Of a DNA stretch of 64,000 bases, positions 26,256 through 35,246 are shown in pieces. The DNA is from Candidatus Daviesbacteria bacterium (lineage in GTDB: Bacteria > Patescibacteriota > Microgenomatia > Daviesbacterales > UBA10151): NCBI GenBank assembly GCA_016184225.1, contig JACPDA010000004.1, positions 602,763 through 666,762 on the forward strand. The letters run 5' to 3'. How positions within the stretch are numbered: the first letter of the stretch is position 1; every line of letters begins with the position of its first letter. Under the pieces are notes generated by a model that ran no database searches, was not told where the DNA came from, and saw only the letters and a program-made list of their open reading frames with translations. A program made the position numbers and the translations under genes.

Positions 26256-27944
26256 CTAAAAAAGTCCCACAATTTTACCGTTTGAATCAATATCCACCTT
26301 CTCGCCGGCAGGAGAAGAGGGAAGCCCCGGCATAGTCCGCATCTCACCCAAAAGGGGATAGAGAAAGCCTGCACCGGCGGAAAGGCGCACATCCCGGATC
26401 GGAACCGTAAAACCCCTTGGCCTGCCCTTTAGGTTTTTATCATGGGAAAGCGACTCATGGGTCTTGGCCATGCAGATAGGCAAATCAGCATAACCCATTT
26501 CCGTGTACACCCTGATTGCCTTCTCAGCAGCCGGCAGGTAGGTTACCCCATCTGCCCCATAAATCTTTTTGGCGATGGTTTCTATTTTTTCCTTGATCGG
26601 CAGATCCAAGGGATAGAGGAATTTAAAATGGCTGGGCTTTTCGCAGGCTTTTACCACAGCTTTGGCCATTTCAATCCCGCCGCTACCGCCTTTGGCGTGA
26701 ATATCGCTGACACAAGCCGACACGGCGCCTGCTTTAAGGGATACTTCTTTAATAAGTTTGATTTCGGCATCAGTATCAGAAGCAAAGCGGTTGATGGCTA
26801 CCACCACCGGTACCCCGAAATAGCGCATGTTTTCAATCTGCTTTTCCAGGTTTTCCGAACCTTTCTTGACTGCTTTCAGGTTTTCTTTAGTCAGTCCCGG
26901 GTCCAACGGCTTTCCGGCTATCACCTTAAATCTTCCGCTGTGCATTTTCAAGGCCCGGACGGTAGCAACGATTACTACTGCATCAGGAACTAAACCGCTG
27001 GCCCGGCACTTGATATCCATAAACTTTTCCGCCCCTAAATCAGCCCCGAAGCCGCTTTCTGTCACCACAAAATCTGCCAGCTTTAAGGCAATTTTATCTG
27101 CCAGGATCGAGCTGTTGCCGTGGGCAATGTTGGCAAAAGGGCCGCAGTGGACAAAGGCCGGGGTATTTTCCAAAGTCTGCATCAGGTTCGGCTTAATGGC
27201 ATCTTTTAATAGTACAGTCATTGCACCTGCCACTTTTAAATCTTCCGCTGTCACCGGCTGCCCGTCCCTAGTGGTAGCCACTACCATCTTCCCCAGGCGC
27301 TCTCGCAGGTCTTTTAACCCGGAAGTTAAAGCCAGGATAGCCATTACCTCCGATGCCACAGTAATGTCATATCCGGTTTCCCGAAGCATGCCCTCTTTGT
27401 TTAAACCGATGATGATGTGACGAAGGGCCCTGTCAGACACATCTACCACCCTGCGGAAGCTAACCGCCTGCGGGTCAATATTTAGCTTGTTGCCGTGAAA
27501 GATATGGTTGTCAATAAAGGCGGCCAAAAGATTGTGGGCCAGCCCTATGGCATGGATATCGCCTGTTAGGTGCAGGTTAAAGTCCTCCATGGGGACGATC
27601 TGGGAATAACCGCCTCCGGCAGCTCCGCCTTTGATGCCAAAGACCGGGCCTAAAGACGGCTGGCGGATACAAATAATGGCTCTTTTGCCGATTTTTTTCA
27701 AAGCCTGGCCTAAGCCAACTGTGGTAGTGGTCTTGCCTTCTCCCAGCGGGGTGGGGGTGATGGCCGTCACATCAATATATTTGCCGTTTGGCCTCCCTTT
27801 TAACCTTTTTAAAACATCCAGGGAAACTTTTGCTTTGTATTTGCCGTAAACTTCTATTTCCTCATCCAGTAATCCCGCTTCGGCGGCTACGGCGGTAATT
27901 GGTTTGAGCTTACTTGCCTGGGCTATTTTAAGGTCACTTAACAT
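26256..27944 (-). CDS. fhs: formate--tetrahydrofolate ligase
   Basis: [15 protein letters not shown]-loop, [14 protein letters not shown], and full-length collinearity at 562 aa. Confidence 0.9.
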   Translation of the reverse strand: MLSDLKIAQASKLKPITAVAAEAGLLDEEIEVYGKYKAKVSLDVLKRLKGRPNGKYIDVTAITPTPLGEGKTTTTVGLGQALKKIGKRAIICIRQPSLGPVFGIKGGAAGGGYSQIVPMEDFNLHLTGDIHAIGLAHNLLAAFIDNHIFHGNKLNIDPQAVSFRRVVDVSDRALRHIIIGLNKEGMLRETGYDITVASEVMAILALTSGLKDLRERLGKMVVATTRDGQPVTAEDLKVAGAMTVLLKDAIKPNLMQTLENTPAFVHCGPFANIAHGNSSILADKIALKLADFVVTESGFGADLGAEKFMDIKCRASGLVPDAVVIVATVRALKMHSGRFKVIAGKPLDPGLTKENLKAVKKGSENLEKQIENMRYFGVPVVVAINRFASDTDAEIKLIKEVSLKAGAVSACVSDIHAKGGSGGIEMAKAVVKACEKPSHFKFLYPLDLPIKEKIETIAKKIYGADGVTYLPAAEKAIRVYTEMGYADLPICMAKTHESLSHDKNLKGRPRGFTVPIRDVRLSAGAGFLYPLLGEMRTMPGLPSSPAGEKVDIDSNGKIVGLF

Positions 27945-27983
27945 AAGGCCTAAGTATATCAGTTCATGGCAACCTCCGCTTGA

Positions 27984-28000
27984 CCCCGATTAAATCGGGG
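27984..28000. repeat. CCCCGATTAAATCGGGG palindrome, copy 3
   Basis: Intergenic, flanked by TGAC and TTGAC. Confidence 0.7.
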
Positions 28001-28037
28001 TTGACATAATAAGCTACCTTTGATAAAGTAGAAAATA

Positions 28038-28751
28038 ATGTCCCAGTCTCTTGTTAGAAAAGCCTCCGCAGTTTTAGTTGGTTTATCAATCCTGGCTACC
28101 GGTATTTCCCCGGCCATCGCCCTGGATTCAACTGCCTCAGCCCCGATTAAATCGGGACCGGCAGTCAGGCCTGTCCTTAAAAAAGAAGCCACACAAAAAA
28201 TAGAGACCCGCCGGGAAGACGTGGAAGCTAAAGTAGCAGCAGCCAGGGACAAAATAGCCTCTCGGGCAGCCGCCTTAAAGACCAGGCTGCAGGCTTTCAA
28301 GGATCAGAAAAAAGCCCAAATAACGGAAAGGGTCAATACCAATCTAAACAATATCAACCAAAGCCAGACAACTAAGATGCAAAAACACCTGGATAAAATG
28401 TCTGAGATTCTAAATAAGCTGGAAGCCAGGGTAAACCAAAATAAGCCGGATATAAAAGACCCGGCTAAAGCAGAGGAGGCAATAGCTTCTGCCAGGGCCA
28501 CCATTGCTACAGCTTCTGCTGCCGTCTCCGCCCAAGCCTTAAAGGATTACACCATCTCAGTCAGCTCGGAGAGCAGGGTCAGGCTGGATGCCAAGCTGCA
28601 AAGGGATAAGATGCACACAGACCTTCGGACCGTCAGGAAAGCTGTTATAGATGCAAAGCAGGCAGTGGCAAATGCAATAAGGGTTGCCAAATCAGGTAAA
28701 GTTGAGATTCCTGGAATAGGGAAGGAGGGAACCGAAAGTGGACAACAGTAA
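28038..28751 (+). CDS. secreted coiled-coil protein
   Basis: Signal-like N-terminus (AVLVGLSILATGISPAIA) followed by a long helical, K/A/E-rich region. Contains palindrome copy 4 at 28141-28156. Confidence 0.4.
   Translation: MSQSLVRKASAVLVGLSILATGISPAIALDSTASAPIKSGPAVRPVLKKEATQKIETRREDVEAKVAAARDKIASRAAALKTRLQAFKDQKKAQITERVNTNLNNINQSQTTKMQKHLDKMSEILNKLEARVNQNKPDIKDPAKAEEAIASARATIATASAAVSAQALKDYTISVSSESRVRLDAKLQRDKMHTDLRTVRKAVIDAKQAVANAIRVAKSGKVEIPGIGKEGTESGQQ
28141..28156. repeat. CCCCGATTAAATCGGG palindrome, copy 4
   Basis: Inside the 28038..28751 CDS, in a different reading frame (encodes APIKSG). Confidence 0.65.
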
Positions 28752-29073
28752 CCCGGCGCCACAGACTCCTACAGCAAATACGCCCCCAGAGCCATCAATA
28801 CCAACACCTATCGTACCGGAAGAATCCAACAATATGGTTGTGTGGCTGGTAGTAGGGTTGGTGGGAATAATTGTCATTGTCGGGGTTATATATTTTCTCC
28901 TAAGCAGTCGCCAGGCAGCTATAAATACGTCAAAAACTGAACAGCCGGTAGTCCAGGTTAGCCCGGAGCCGCCTGATACAGTTGATGCTCTGGAAAGAGA
29001 CCTAAATGCCTTAGAAGTATCAGATTCAGACAGTGATTTTACTTCAATAGATCAAGACCTGGAACAGCTTTAG
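28738..29073 (+). CDS. Pro-rich single-TM hypothetical protein
   Basis: Pro/Thr-rich N-terminus, one TM helix, acidic C-terminus. Confidence 0.3.
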   Translation: MDNSNPAPQTPTANTPPEPSIPTPIVPEESNNMVVWLVVGLVGIIVIVGVIYFLLSSRQAAINTSKTEQPVVQVSPEPPDTVDALERDLNALEVSDSDSDFTSIDQDLEQL

Positions 29074-29115
29074 GAGCTGACCCGGTGATATTACTTTACA
29101 TACTACAAAGCTGTG

Positions 29116-29187
29116 AGCGGGATAGGGGACTCGAACCCCTGACATCCTGCTTGGAAAGCAGACGTTCTACCACTGAACTAATCCCGC
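29116..29187 (-). tRNA. tRNA-Gly (anticodon TCC)
   Basis: Acceptor GCGGGAT/ATCCCGC, D-stem GTTC/GAAC, anticodon stem TCTGC/GCAGG with loop TTTCCAA. Confidence 0.85.
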
Positions 29188-29212
29188 TAGATAATGGGAT
29201 TATATCAGAATA

Positions 29213-29953
29213 TCAGAGGATTTCGTAACTGAGGGTTACTACAACTTTGATCTCTGAGGAGCCGGGCTCTATTGAAGTATCCGGCTTTTCACCACCTCCG
29301 GGGGCAGCCATGGCCCGAAGCAGTATAGGCTCTGGCCCGCCGCCAAAGTTTTCCGAATAGTTTACCAACCTACCCAGTCTAAACCCGGCAATTTTAGCAG
29401 CATTTTCAGCCTTTTTTTTGGCTGTCTCTACGGCCTTTTGCCTGGCTTCATTTTCAACTTTAGCCTTATCATCTACATCAAAACTGATACTGCCAACCAG
29501 ATTAGCCCCATTGGCAGTAGCCTCATCAATAACCTGGTTTACCAGGTCAATTTTGCGGACTTTGATTGAGAGGTTAGTAGAAGCAGAGTAACCGGTAATC
29601 CGCTGTGTCGGCCCCTGAAAATCATAATTGGGATTGATTTGGTAATTTTGTGTCTGGATATCCTTTTGCTCTACACCAAGCTTTTTAATGGCTTCTGCCA
29701 CCTTATTTATGGCAGCATTAATTTGATCCTGGGCAGCCTTAACTGTAGATCCCTGGGCTTGGATGCCAACATTCAAAGTAGCTATATCCGGTTTTGCAGC
29801 CACAAACCCTTCACCGGTTACATTAAAAGTATCGGTTTTGGTAGTGGTAACACTAGTTACAGAAAAAGGTATCGGCCCTGCTATTTTTGTGTAAGCAAAC
29901 AATAAAAAGAAGAAAATAAGTATTGGAGCAGCTACTGTGGCAATTGTTCTCAT
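29213..29953 (-). CDS. SIMPL/DUF541-family periplasmic protein
   Basis: N-terminal TM/signal, then the TGEGFVAAKPDIATLNVGIQAQG pattern typical of SIMPL (26-kDa periplasmic immunogenic protein) domains. Confidence 0.5.
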   Translation of the reverse strand: MRTIATVAAPILIFFFLLFAYTKIAGPIPFSVTSVTTTKTDTFNVTGEGFVAAKPDIATLNVGIQAQGSTVKAAQDQINAAINKVAEAIKKLGVEQKDIQTQNYQINPNYDFQGPTQRITGYSASTNLSIKVRKIDLVNQVIDEATANGANLVGSISFDVDDKAKVENEARQKAVETAKKKAENAAKIAGFRLGRLVNYSENFGGGPEPILLRAMAAPGGGEKPDTSIEPGSSEIKVVVTLSYEIL

Positions 29954-29972
29954 ATTGTTATTGTATATGCAT

Positions 29973-30012
29973 CCCCCAAAAAGTACAACCAGGCTTCTAA
30001 CCTGGCTGTACT
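29973..30012 (-). terminator. rho-independent terminator after the 30035..30676 gene
   Basis: Minus strand: 12-bp stem AGTACAGCCAGG/CCTGGTTGTACT with a 6-nt loop, followed by TTTTTGGGGG. Confidence 0.55.
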
Positions 30013-30034
30013 TTAACCTTTTCCGTCTAATTTC

Positions 30035-30676
30035 CTAAATCAGACTCTGGAAGAAGGTTATGATTTGATCAAGCAAGCCGCTCAGGGAAGCCCCTGACAC
30101 GCTTACCTCACCTTCATCTTCTACTTCAAGCCCGTCTGCTTTTATCTCCCGAGCTAGCAGGGCTCCGTCATCAGCGACGATCCCCTCAACCTTAATCATC
30201 TCTCCCACCTCAATAGTCCCTTCCTGCTCAAAATTGGCTACCAGGTCAGGATTAATGGTGATAGTTTGACCGCCAATAGTTACGCTCCCGCCGGTAAAGG
30301 TGGAAACTGTCCCGGTGATTTCAAAGGTGTTGCCTTCGATTTCAAAGTTGGGAAGAAGTTCTTCTTCCTCGCCAGCCCTGACTTCAATCCGGACGCGCTC
30401 TCCATCCCGCGACTCAATGCGGAACCTGCTGACATCCTCAGGTAAACTTAAGGAGTTAACCAAGTTCATGGCATCCTCTATGGTTACTCCCTCGCCTCTT
30501 AATTCTACCCTGACGCGGTTTTCGCCGGGTTCGTCATCACCGGTCCTTACCTCCACTCTGACCCGGTCGTCCCCGTCTCCGCCTGACCCACTGCTTCCCC
30601 CCTTAGCCAGGGCGATTCCAGCAGAAGTGGTCAAGACTAATAGAACCGCTACCAAAACTGTAAATACTTTGTTCAT
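30035..30676 (-). CDS. secreted repeat protein
   Basis: Signal peptide, then repeated RVRVEVR/RIEVRAGEEE segments. Confidence 0.4.
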   Translation of the reverse strand: MNKVFTVLVAVLLVLTTSAGIALAKGGSSGSGGDGDDRVRVEVRTGDDEPGENRVRVELRGEGVTIEDAMNLVNSLSLPEDVSRFRIESRDGERVRIEVRAGEEEELLPNFEIEGNTFEITGTVSTFTGGSVTIGGQTITINPDLVANFEQEGTIEVGEMIKVEGIVADDGALLAREIKADGLEVEDEGEVSVSGASLSGLLDQIITFFQSLI

Positions 30677-30800
30677 TTCTTCTCACCTCCTTCTATAACT
30701 CCAGTACAAAATATACAACGGAAAAAGGGGGAAGTTGTTACAAATTCTTATTTAGGACGTATCATATATGGAAGAGTTATAAAGAGTTATAATATGTGGT

Positions 30801-31340
30801 GTGTCCGACGACTTAGAACAAGTAATAAAAAAAGCAAAAGGAGGGGATAAAGATGCCTTTGGAAAGCTTTATGAACAGTTTCGGAAACGGATTTTCCGTT
30901 ATATTTATTACCTTACTTATGATAGGGATCTGGGAGAGGACCTTACCCAGCTTACTTTTCTCAAAGCCTGGGTGGCCTTACCTAAATTTTCATCCCAGAA
31001 GGGGACACTGCAAGCATATCTTTATTCAATTGCCAGGAATCTGGTTATTGATTACAAAAGGCGCAGAAAGGAGGTCTCTTTGGAAAACATAGCCGAGCCT
31101 GCCTATACTACTAACTTTGAAGATAACTTGATTAGGGAGGAAAATGTAAAAATGGTCCAAACTTTGCTTGCCGGACTGGACGGGGAAGAAAAACAATTGG
31201 TAATTTTTCGTTATTTTGAAGAACTTCACTTTGGTGAAATTGCTCATATTTTACACAAGAAGGAAGGTGCAATCAGGGTCAGGCTACACCGGATTTTGCA
31301 AAAGCTTAAAGAAAGGGTAAAGGATAAATATGGATATTGA
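30801..31340 (+). CDS. ECF (sigma-70 family) RNA polymerase sigma factor
   Basis: Region 2 (FRKRIFRYIYYLT, DLTQLTFLKAW) and region 4 HTH (ELHFGEIAHIL). GTG start. Confidence 0.75.
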   Translation: MSDDLEQVIKKAKGGDKDAFGKLYEQFRKRIFRYIYYLTYDRDLGEDLTQLTFLKAWVALPKFSSQKGTLQAYLYSIARNLVIDYKRRRKEVSLENIAEPAYTTNFEDNLIREENVKMVQTLLAGLDGEEKQLVIFRYFEELHFGEIAHILHKKEGAIRVRLHRILQKLKERVKDKYGY

Positions 31341-31953
31341 AAAAAAATTAAAAGATTTTAAAAGGATTTATCAGGCTACTGAGCCGTCAGGACACTTTTT
31401 AGAACACGGATGGCAGGATCTGCAGGATAAAAAGAGGCAGCTGGAGCTAATTGGGGCAAAGCGGAGCCTTTTTTACCTCCGGCCTTTTGCCACGGCTACT
31501 TTAATGGTGTTTATTCTGGCAGGAGTGTTGGGCGGGGTGGTCCGGGCTTCACAAAACTCGCTGCCAGGAGAGGTGCTTTACCCGGTCAAAAGGATTTCGG
31601 AGGAGGTTGCATCAACAGTTTCAGGTAATAAACTAATCAAGGTGGAGGGCCGAGCCAATGATATTGTGGAGCTTAGTAGGAAAGGGAGAAATTCAAAAAG
31701 GATCCAAAAAGCAGTTGGGGAATATAAAACAGCGGTTGCTGAAGCAAGCCGCTCGGGTAAAAACATCCAGAAAATCGAGAAGACGTTAGAAGACCAGGAA
31801 AAAGAGTTTGAAAGTGTTAAAAAAGGACCCCAGGAAGAAGAAATTAATGAGGCAATAGAAATCAGCAGATCCGGGCGGGATGAGCAGAGGCAAGATGAAG
31901 AGGATAAAGTTGAGGAAGAGGACCGTTCAGGATCAGATTCAGGAGAAAAATAA
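31330..31953 (+). CDS. membrane-anchored DUF5667-like protein, putative anti-sigma partner
   Basis: Overlaps the sigma gene by 11 nt. One TM helix, then SLPGEVLYPVKR followed by a charged helical tail. Confidence 0.4.
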   Translation: MDIEKKLKDFKRIYQATEPSGHFLEHGWQDLQDKKRQLELIGAKRSLFYLRPFATATLMVFILAGVLGGVVRASQNSLPGEVLYPVKRISEEVASTVSGNKLIKVEGRANDIVELSRKGRNSKRIQKAVGEYKTAVAEASRSGKNIQKIEKTLEDQEKEFESVKKGPQEEEINEAIEISRSGRDEQRQDEEDKVEEEDRSGSDSGEK

Positions 31954-31977
31954 TGTCGAACAGGAGCGATAACCTCC

Positions 31978-32000
31978 GATTACACCCCAGGGGTGTAATC
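31978..32000. repeat. REP-like hairpin GATTACACCC-CAG-GGGTGTAATC
   Basis: Same family as 25505-25527, about 12 nt from the tRNA-Pro 3' end. Confidence 0.7.
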
Positions 32001-32011
32001 AAGACTTTATG

Positions 32012-32083
32012 TCGGGGACCAGGGAATTGAACCCTGTGCTTCTCGCTCCCAAAGCGAGCGTTCTACCGATGAACTAGTCCCCG
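32012..32083 (-). tRNA. tRNA-Pro (anticodon TGG)
   Basis: Acceptor CGGGGAC/GTCCCCG, D-stem GTTC/GAAC, anticodon stem CTCGC/GCGAG with loop TTTGGGA. Confidence 0.85.
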
Positions 32084-32088
32084 TAAAG

Positions 32089-32170
32089 TGCTGGTGAAGG
32101 GAGTCGAACCCTTATGCCTTTTGGGCACTCGCTCTTAAGGCGAGCGTGTATGCCATTCCACCACACCAGC
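32089..32170 (-). tRNA. tRNA-Leu (anticodon TAA)
   Basis: Type II tRNA: acceptor GCTGGTG/CACCAGC, anticodon stem CTCGC/GCGAG with loop CTTAAGA, long variable arm TGCCCAAAAGGCAT. Confidence 0.8.
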
Positions 32171-32282
32171 ATCCAAGCTATTGTATCAAAAAAGTATTGA
32201 TACTTCGAGTACCCTCAGTATCAATGGTGAGTCAAATCGAACCATTGACATTTTAAATAAGGTGGATTATTCTGACAATCTC

Positions 32283-32951
32283 ATGTCAAACACAAAGAAA
32301 AAAATATTCTTTTTAGCACTTTTCTCTATAATCGGTTTTTTAAGCCTTCAGATCCCTTTTAATAAAATAGCCGGTTCAAATGTATCTTTTACCCTGTTTG
32401 ATTTCTTTGGCCCCATTGCAGGAGCTTTCTTGGGGCCAGTCTTCGGAATAGCTTCGGTGTTGGGAGTAGAACTGATTAATTTATGGATCAAAAATGCGCC
32501 GCTTACCACCGGCTCTATAATCAGGTTATTCCCAACCCTGTTTGCAGTGTTGTATTTTGCTCTGGCTTCCAAAAAAACATTTCAGGGCAGGTGGATACTG
32601 GCAGTTCCCATTCTCTGTATCCTGGCATTTATAGCTCACCCGATCGGCAGGCAGGTTTTCTATTATGCACTAATGTTTTGGACTATTCCGGTATTCGCAT
32701 ATCTTAAAAAGGATAACCTTTTTATAAGGGGGTTAGGGGCAACTTTTACGGCCCATGCTGTTGGCGGAGCAGCCTGGATTTGGGCATTTAATCTGCCTGC
32801 AGCAATCTGGACTGGACTTATCCCGACAGTGATAGCCGAAAGACTACTATTCGCAACAGGCATAGCCGCATCTTACATTGTACTCAAGCATACTCTTGAC
32901 TTACTGACTTCTAAAAAGATCCTGCCGAAGCTGGATTTCATTTCTTCTTGA
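32283..32951 (+). CDS. polytopic membrane protein (ECF S-component-like?)
   Basis: Six predicted TM helices. ATG at 32283; the longer ORF starts at 32181, next to the tRNA. Confidence 0.4.
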   Translation: MSNTKKKIFFLALFSIIGFLSLQIPFNKIAGSNVSFTLFDFFGPIAGAFLGPVFGIASVLGVELINLWIKNAPLTTGSIIRLFPTLFAVLYFALASKKTFQGRWILAVPILCILAFIAHPIGRQVFYYALMFWTIPVFAYLKKDNLFIRGLGATFTAHAVGGAAWIWAFNLPAAIWTGLIPTVIAERLLFATGIAASYIVLKHTLDLLTSKKILPKLDFISS

Positions 32952-33592
32952 TGCTTTATCCAAATCTTAAATTCCCAAAACGAACAGACAGGCCCTTTTT
33001 TTACACTAATTTTGTTTCCACTGTTGACGGTAAGGTTCAAGTTTTAGAAAACACTATGGATTACTGGCCAATAGGGAGCAAGACCGATTACAAGGTCATG
33101 CTGGAGCTACGGGCATACGCCGATTGCCTTATCCATGGTAAAAATTTAGCTAAGGAATTTGGTGAAATTACCCTAAATAGCTTAAATAAAAATTCTTTTA
33201 AAAAGATGCGGCAGAAGCTAGGAAAGGATCCCATCCTGCCATACTTTATCTTATCCGGCAAGCCTGAAACATTAGAAAAGTCCCTAGGTGCCAAGCTAAT
33301 CCACCTCCCAGGTGGGAATCTGCAAGAATTGGTCAAACTTCTCCAGGAAAAAAAGTACAAACATATTTTAGTAGAAGGGGGACCAACACTACTGGGCTCC
33401 TTCTTAAAAGAAAACCTCATTGATGAAATATTTTTAACAATTGCCCCAAAAATATTTGGCAGCACTAGGGGAATAACATTAACCCTGGTTGAAGGCTATT
33501 TATTCCCCAAAAATGCCACTAAAAACCTAAGCCTTCTATCAATAAAAAAGCTCAGTTCCGAAATTTACTTACGTTACAAAGTAAGAAAGTAA
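32948..33592 (+). CDS. RibD C-terminal / dihydrofolate-reductase-family protein
   Basis: FFYTNFVSTVDGKV, ILVEGGPTLLGSFL and DEIFLTIAPKIFG pattern of the DHFR-like reductase domain. Confidence 0.55.
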   Translation: MMLYPNLKFPKRTDRPFFYTNFVSTVDGKVQVLENTMDYWPIGSKTDYKVMLELRAYADCLIHGKNLAKEFGEITLNSLNKNSFKKMRQKLGKDPILPYFILSGKPETLEKSLGAKLIHLPGGNLQELVKLLQEKKYKHILVEGGPTLLGSFLKENLIDEIFLTIAPKIFGSTRGITLTLVEGYLFPKNATKNLSLLSIKKLSSEIYLRYKVRK

Positions 33593-33616
33593 TTTAATAT
33601 ACGGAAAAATTTTTTC

Positions 33617-33877
33617 TTAGCGGTCTTCTCGAGGACGAGCAATGTTGACAACGATCTTTCGACCTTCAACATCTGTTCCATTTAAGTTTTTGACTGCATT
33701 TTGAGCTTCTTCATCAGAAGACATCTCAACAAAACCAAAACCTCTGGATCTTCCTGTTTCTCGATCTTTAACCACTTGTGCGCTGACAACAGTACCTGCT
33801 TGAGCAAAAAGCTGAGCAAGTCCGGCATCATCAATAGCCCAAGGTAAAGAACCTACGAACAATTTTCTGTTATTCAA
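33617..33877 (-). CDS. RRM-type RNA-binding protein
   Basis: RNP-2 LFVGSL and RNP-1 RGFGFVEM motifs. 86 aa. Confidence 0.75.
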   Translation of the reverse strand: MNNRKLFVGSLPWAIDDAGLAQLFAQAGTVVSAQVVKDRETGRSRGFGFVEMSSDEEAQNAVKNLNGTDVEGRKIVVNIARPREDR

Positions 33878-34080
33878 AAAAATTCACCTCCTTCTTTTAA
33901 GATTTCTGTGGAGGTGAATTACGATAAATTCGCTAAATACACTCTACTCACCCCTAAATTATCCCATATCAATTACAAAATAGCAAATACCCCAAAATAA
34001 TCGCGCAAGAATTACGCAATAAATCGCGCAAGCTACCTTTTGCAAAGCAAAAGGCAAGGTTCCGAGCGAAGCGAGGGTTC

Positions 34081-35139
34081 TTATCGCGCAAGGGAGTAAT
34101 ACGAACTGGGGCCTTTGCCTTTTAATTTAAGCAGTCCCTTATCCGATAAATTCTTTAGCTTTAACTGGGCAGTCCTTTTGGCTACCTTTAAGATATCTGC
34201 CACATCATCTGAGGTAATCCTGCCGGTCGTGGTTAAAAAATCCATAATTTGGATTTCATCCCGGTCCAAAAAGATCTGCTCGCTTTTCCTGCTGACTTTG
34301 CCAAATCCTATTGATTGGATCTGCTCCAGCACCTTTCTGGCTTCCACCAAAAACCCTGTGGTGAAATATTCCAACCAGCTGGTAAAATCCATATCTTCCT
34401 GGTAAGTTTTTCCCTGGGCCCTGTTTTCCGCATTGTAATAAGACATTCTATCCTGATTGTAATAGTTCTCCAGCACCAGAATTTTCCGAAAATCCCAACC
34501 GTCACGGTAAAGCTGAAACTGGGTCAGCAGTCTGGCCACCCGGCCGTTGCCGTCTGTAAAAGGGTGGATGGTGACAAACTGCAGGTGCAGGATCCCGGCC
34601 CTGATAATAGGGTGGACATTGATTTTTTTTGAAGCTTTAAGCCAGGCTATTAAATCCTCCGCCATTTTTTTAATTTCAGAAGCAGGCGGGGCTTTAAACC
34701 TTAACATTTCCCGACCATCTCCTAAATCATCCAGGACATAAACATCGGCAGGCCTAAACCGACCCACCTTCTCTTGTTCTATCAACCCGTCAATAACAGC
34801 TTTATGTAATTTTAGAATCTCAATCAACGTTATATCACCTTTTGTCTTTGCCATGCTGCCAATCAGCTTCAGGGCTTTATAATAATTTTCCACCTCCAGA
34901 ATATCCTTTTGGGTAGCCCTGACAGCTTTTCCCTCTAAGACCTTCCCTACCTCAAATTCGGCTAATTTATTCCCTTCAATAGAAGTAGAGGTGTGGGCCA
35001 TCCGGAGAATGGCCTGGCGTCGAAGCTGCGCTTCGTTCAAAGGCAAAACGCGTGATCTTTCAACCGCGGCTTTTATCTCGGCAATCTCAGCAATCCGGGA
35101 AAGAATGGTAGATGTAATGTTATATCGGGGTTCCAACAT
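34081..35139 (-). CDS. Fic-family protein (AMPylator-type) with N-terminal inhibitory motif and C-terminal wHTH
   Basis: HPFTDGNGRVARLL Fic motif. TSTSIEGN, an (S/T)xxxE(G/N) inhibitory-helix-like motif, lies N-terminal to it. Confidence 0.8.
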   Translation of the reverse strand: MLEPRYNITSTILSRIAEIAEIKAAVERSRVLPLNEAQLRRQAILRMAHTSTSIEGNKLAEFEVGKVLEGKAVRATQKDILEVENYYKALKLIGSMAKTKGDITLIEILKLHKAVIDGLIEQEKVGRFRPADVYVLDDLGDGREMLRFKAPPASEIKKMAEDLIAWLKASKKINVHPIIRAGILHLQFVTIHPFTDGNGRVARLLTQFQLYRDGWDFRKILVLENYYNQDRMSYYNAENRAQGKTYQEDMDFTSWLEYFTTGFLVEARKVLEQIQSIGFGKVSRKSEQIFLDRDEIQIMDFLTTTGRITSDDVADILKVAKRTAQLKLKNLSDKGLLKLKGKGPSSYYSLAR

Positions 35140-35246
35140 AATCTAAATTATACCACAAAATCACGCAATAATCGCGCATACTATCGCGCACCCATTCGAC
35201 TCGCTTCGCTCGCTCAGGGTAAATTAACCTATGGTAAAATCATAAA

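Noticed and set aside
27959-28300. Minus ORF 27959..28300 (113 aa)
   Set aside because: Antisense to the start of the better-supported signal-peptide protein 28038..28751. Ala/Ser-rich low-complexity translation.
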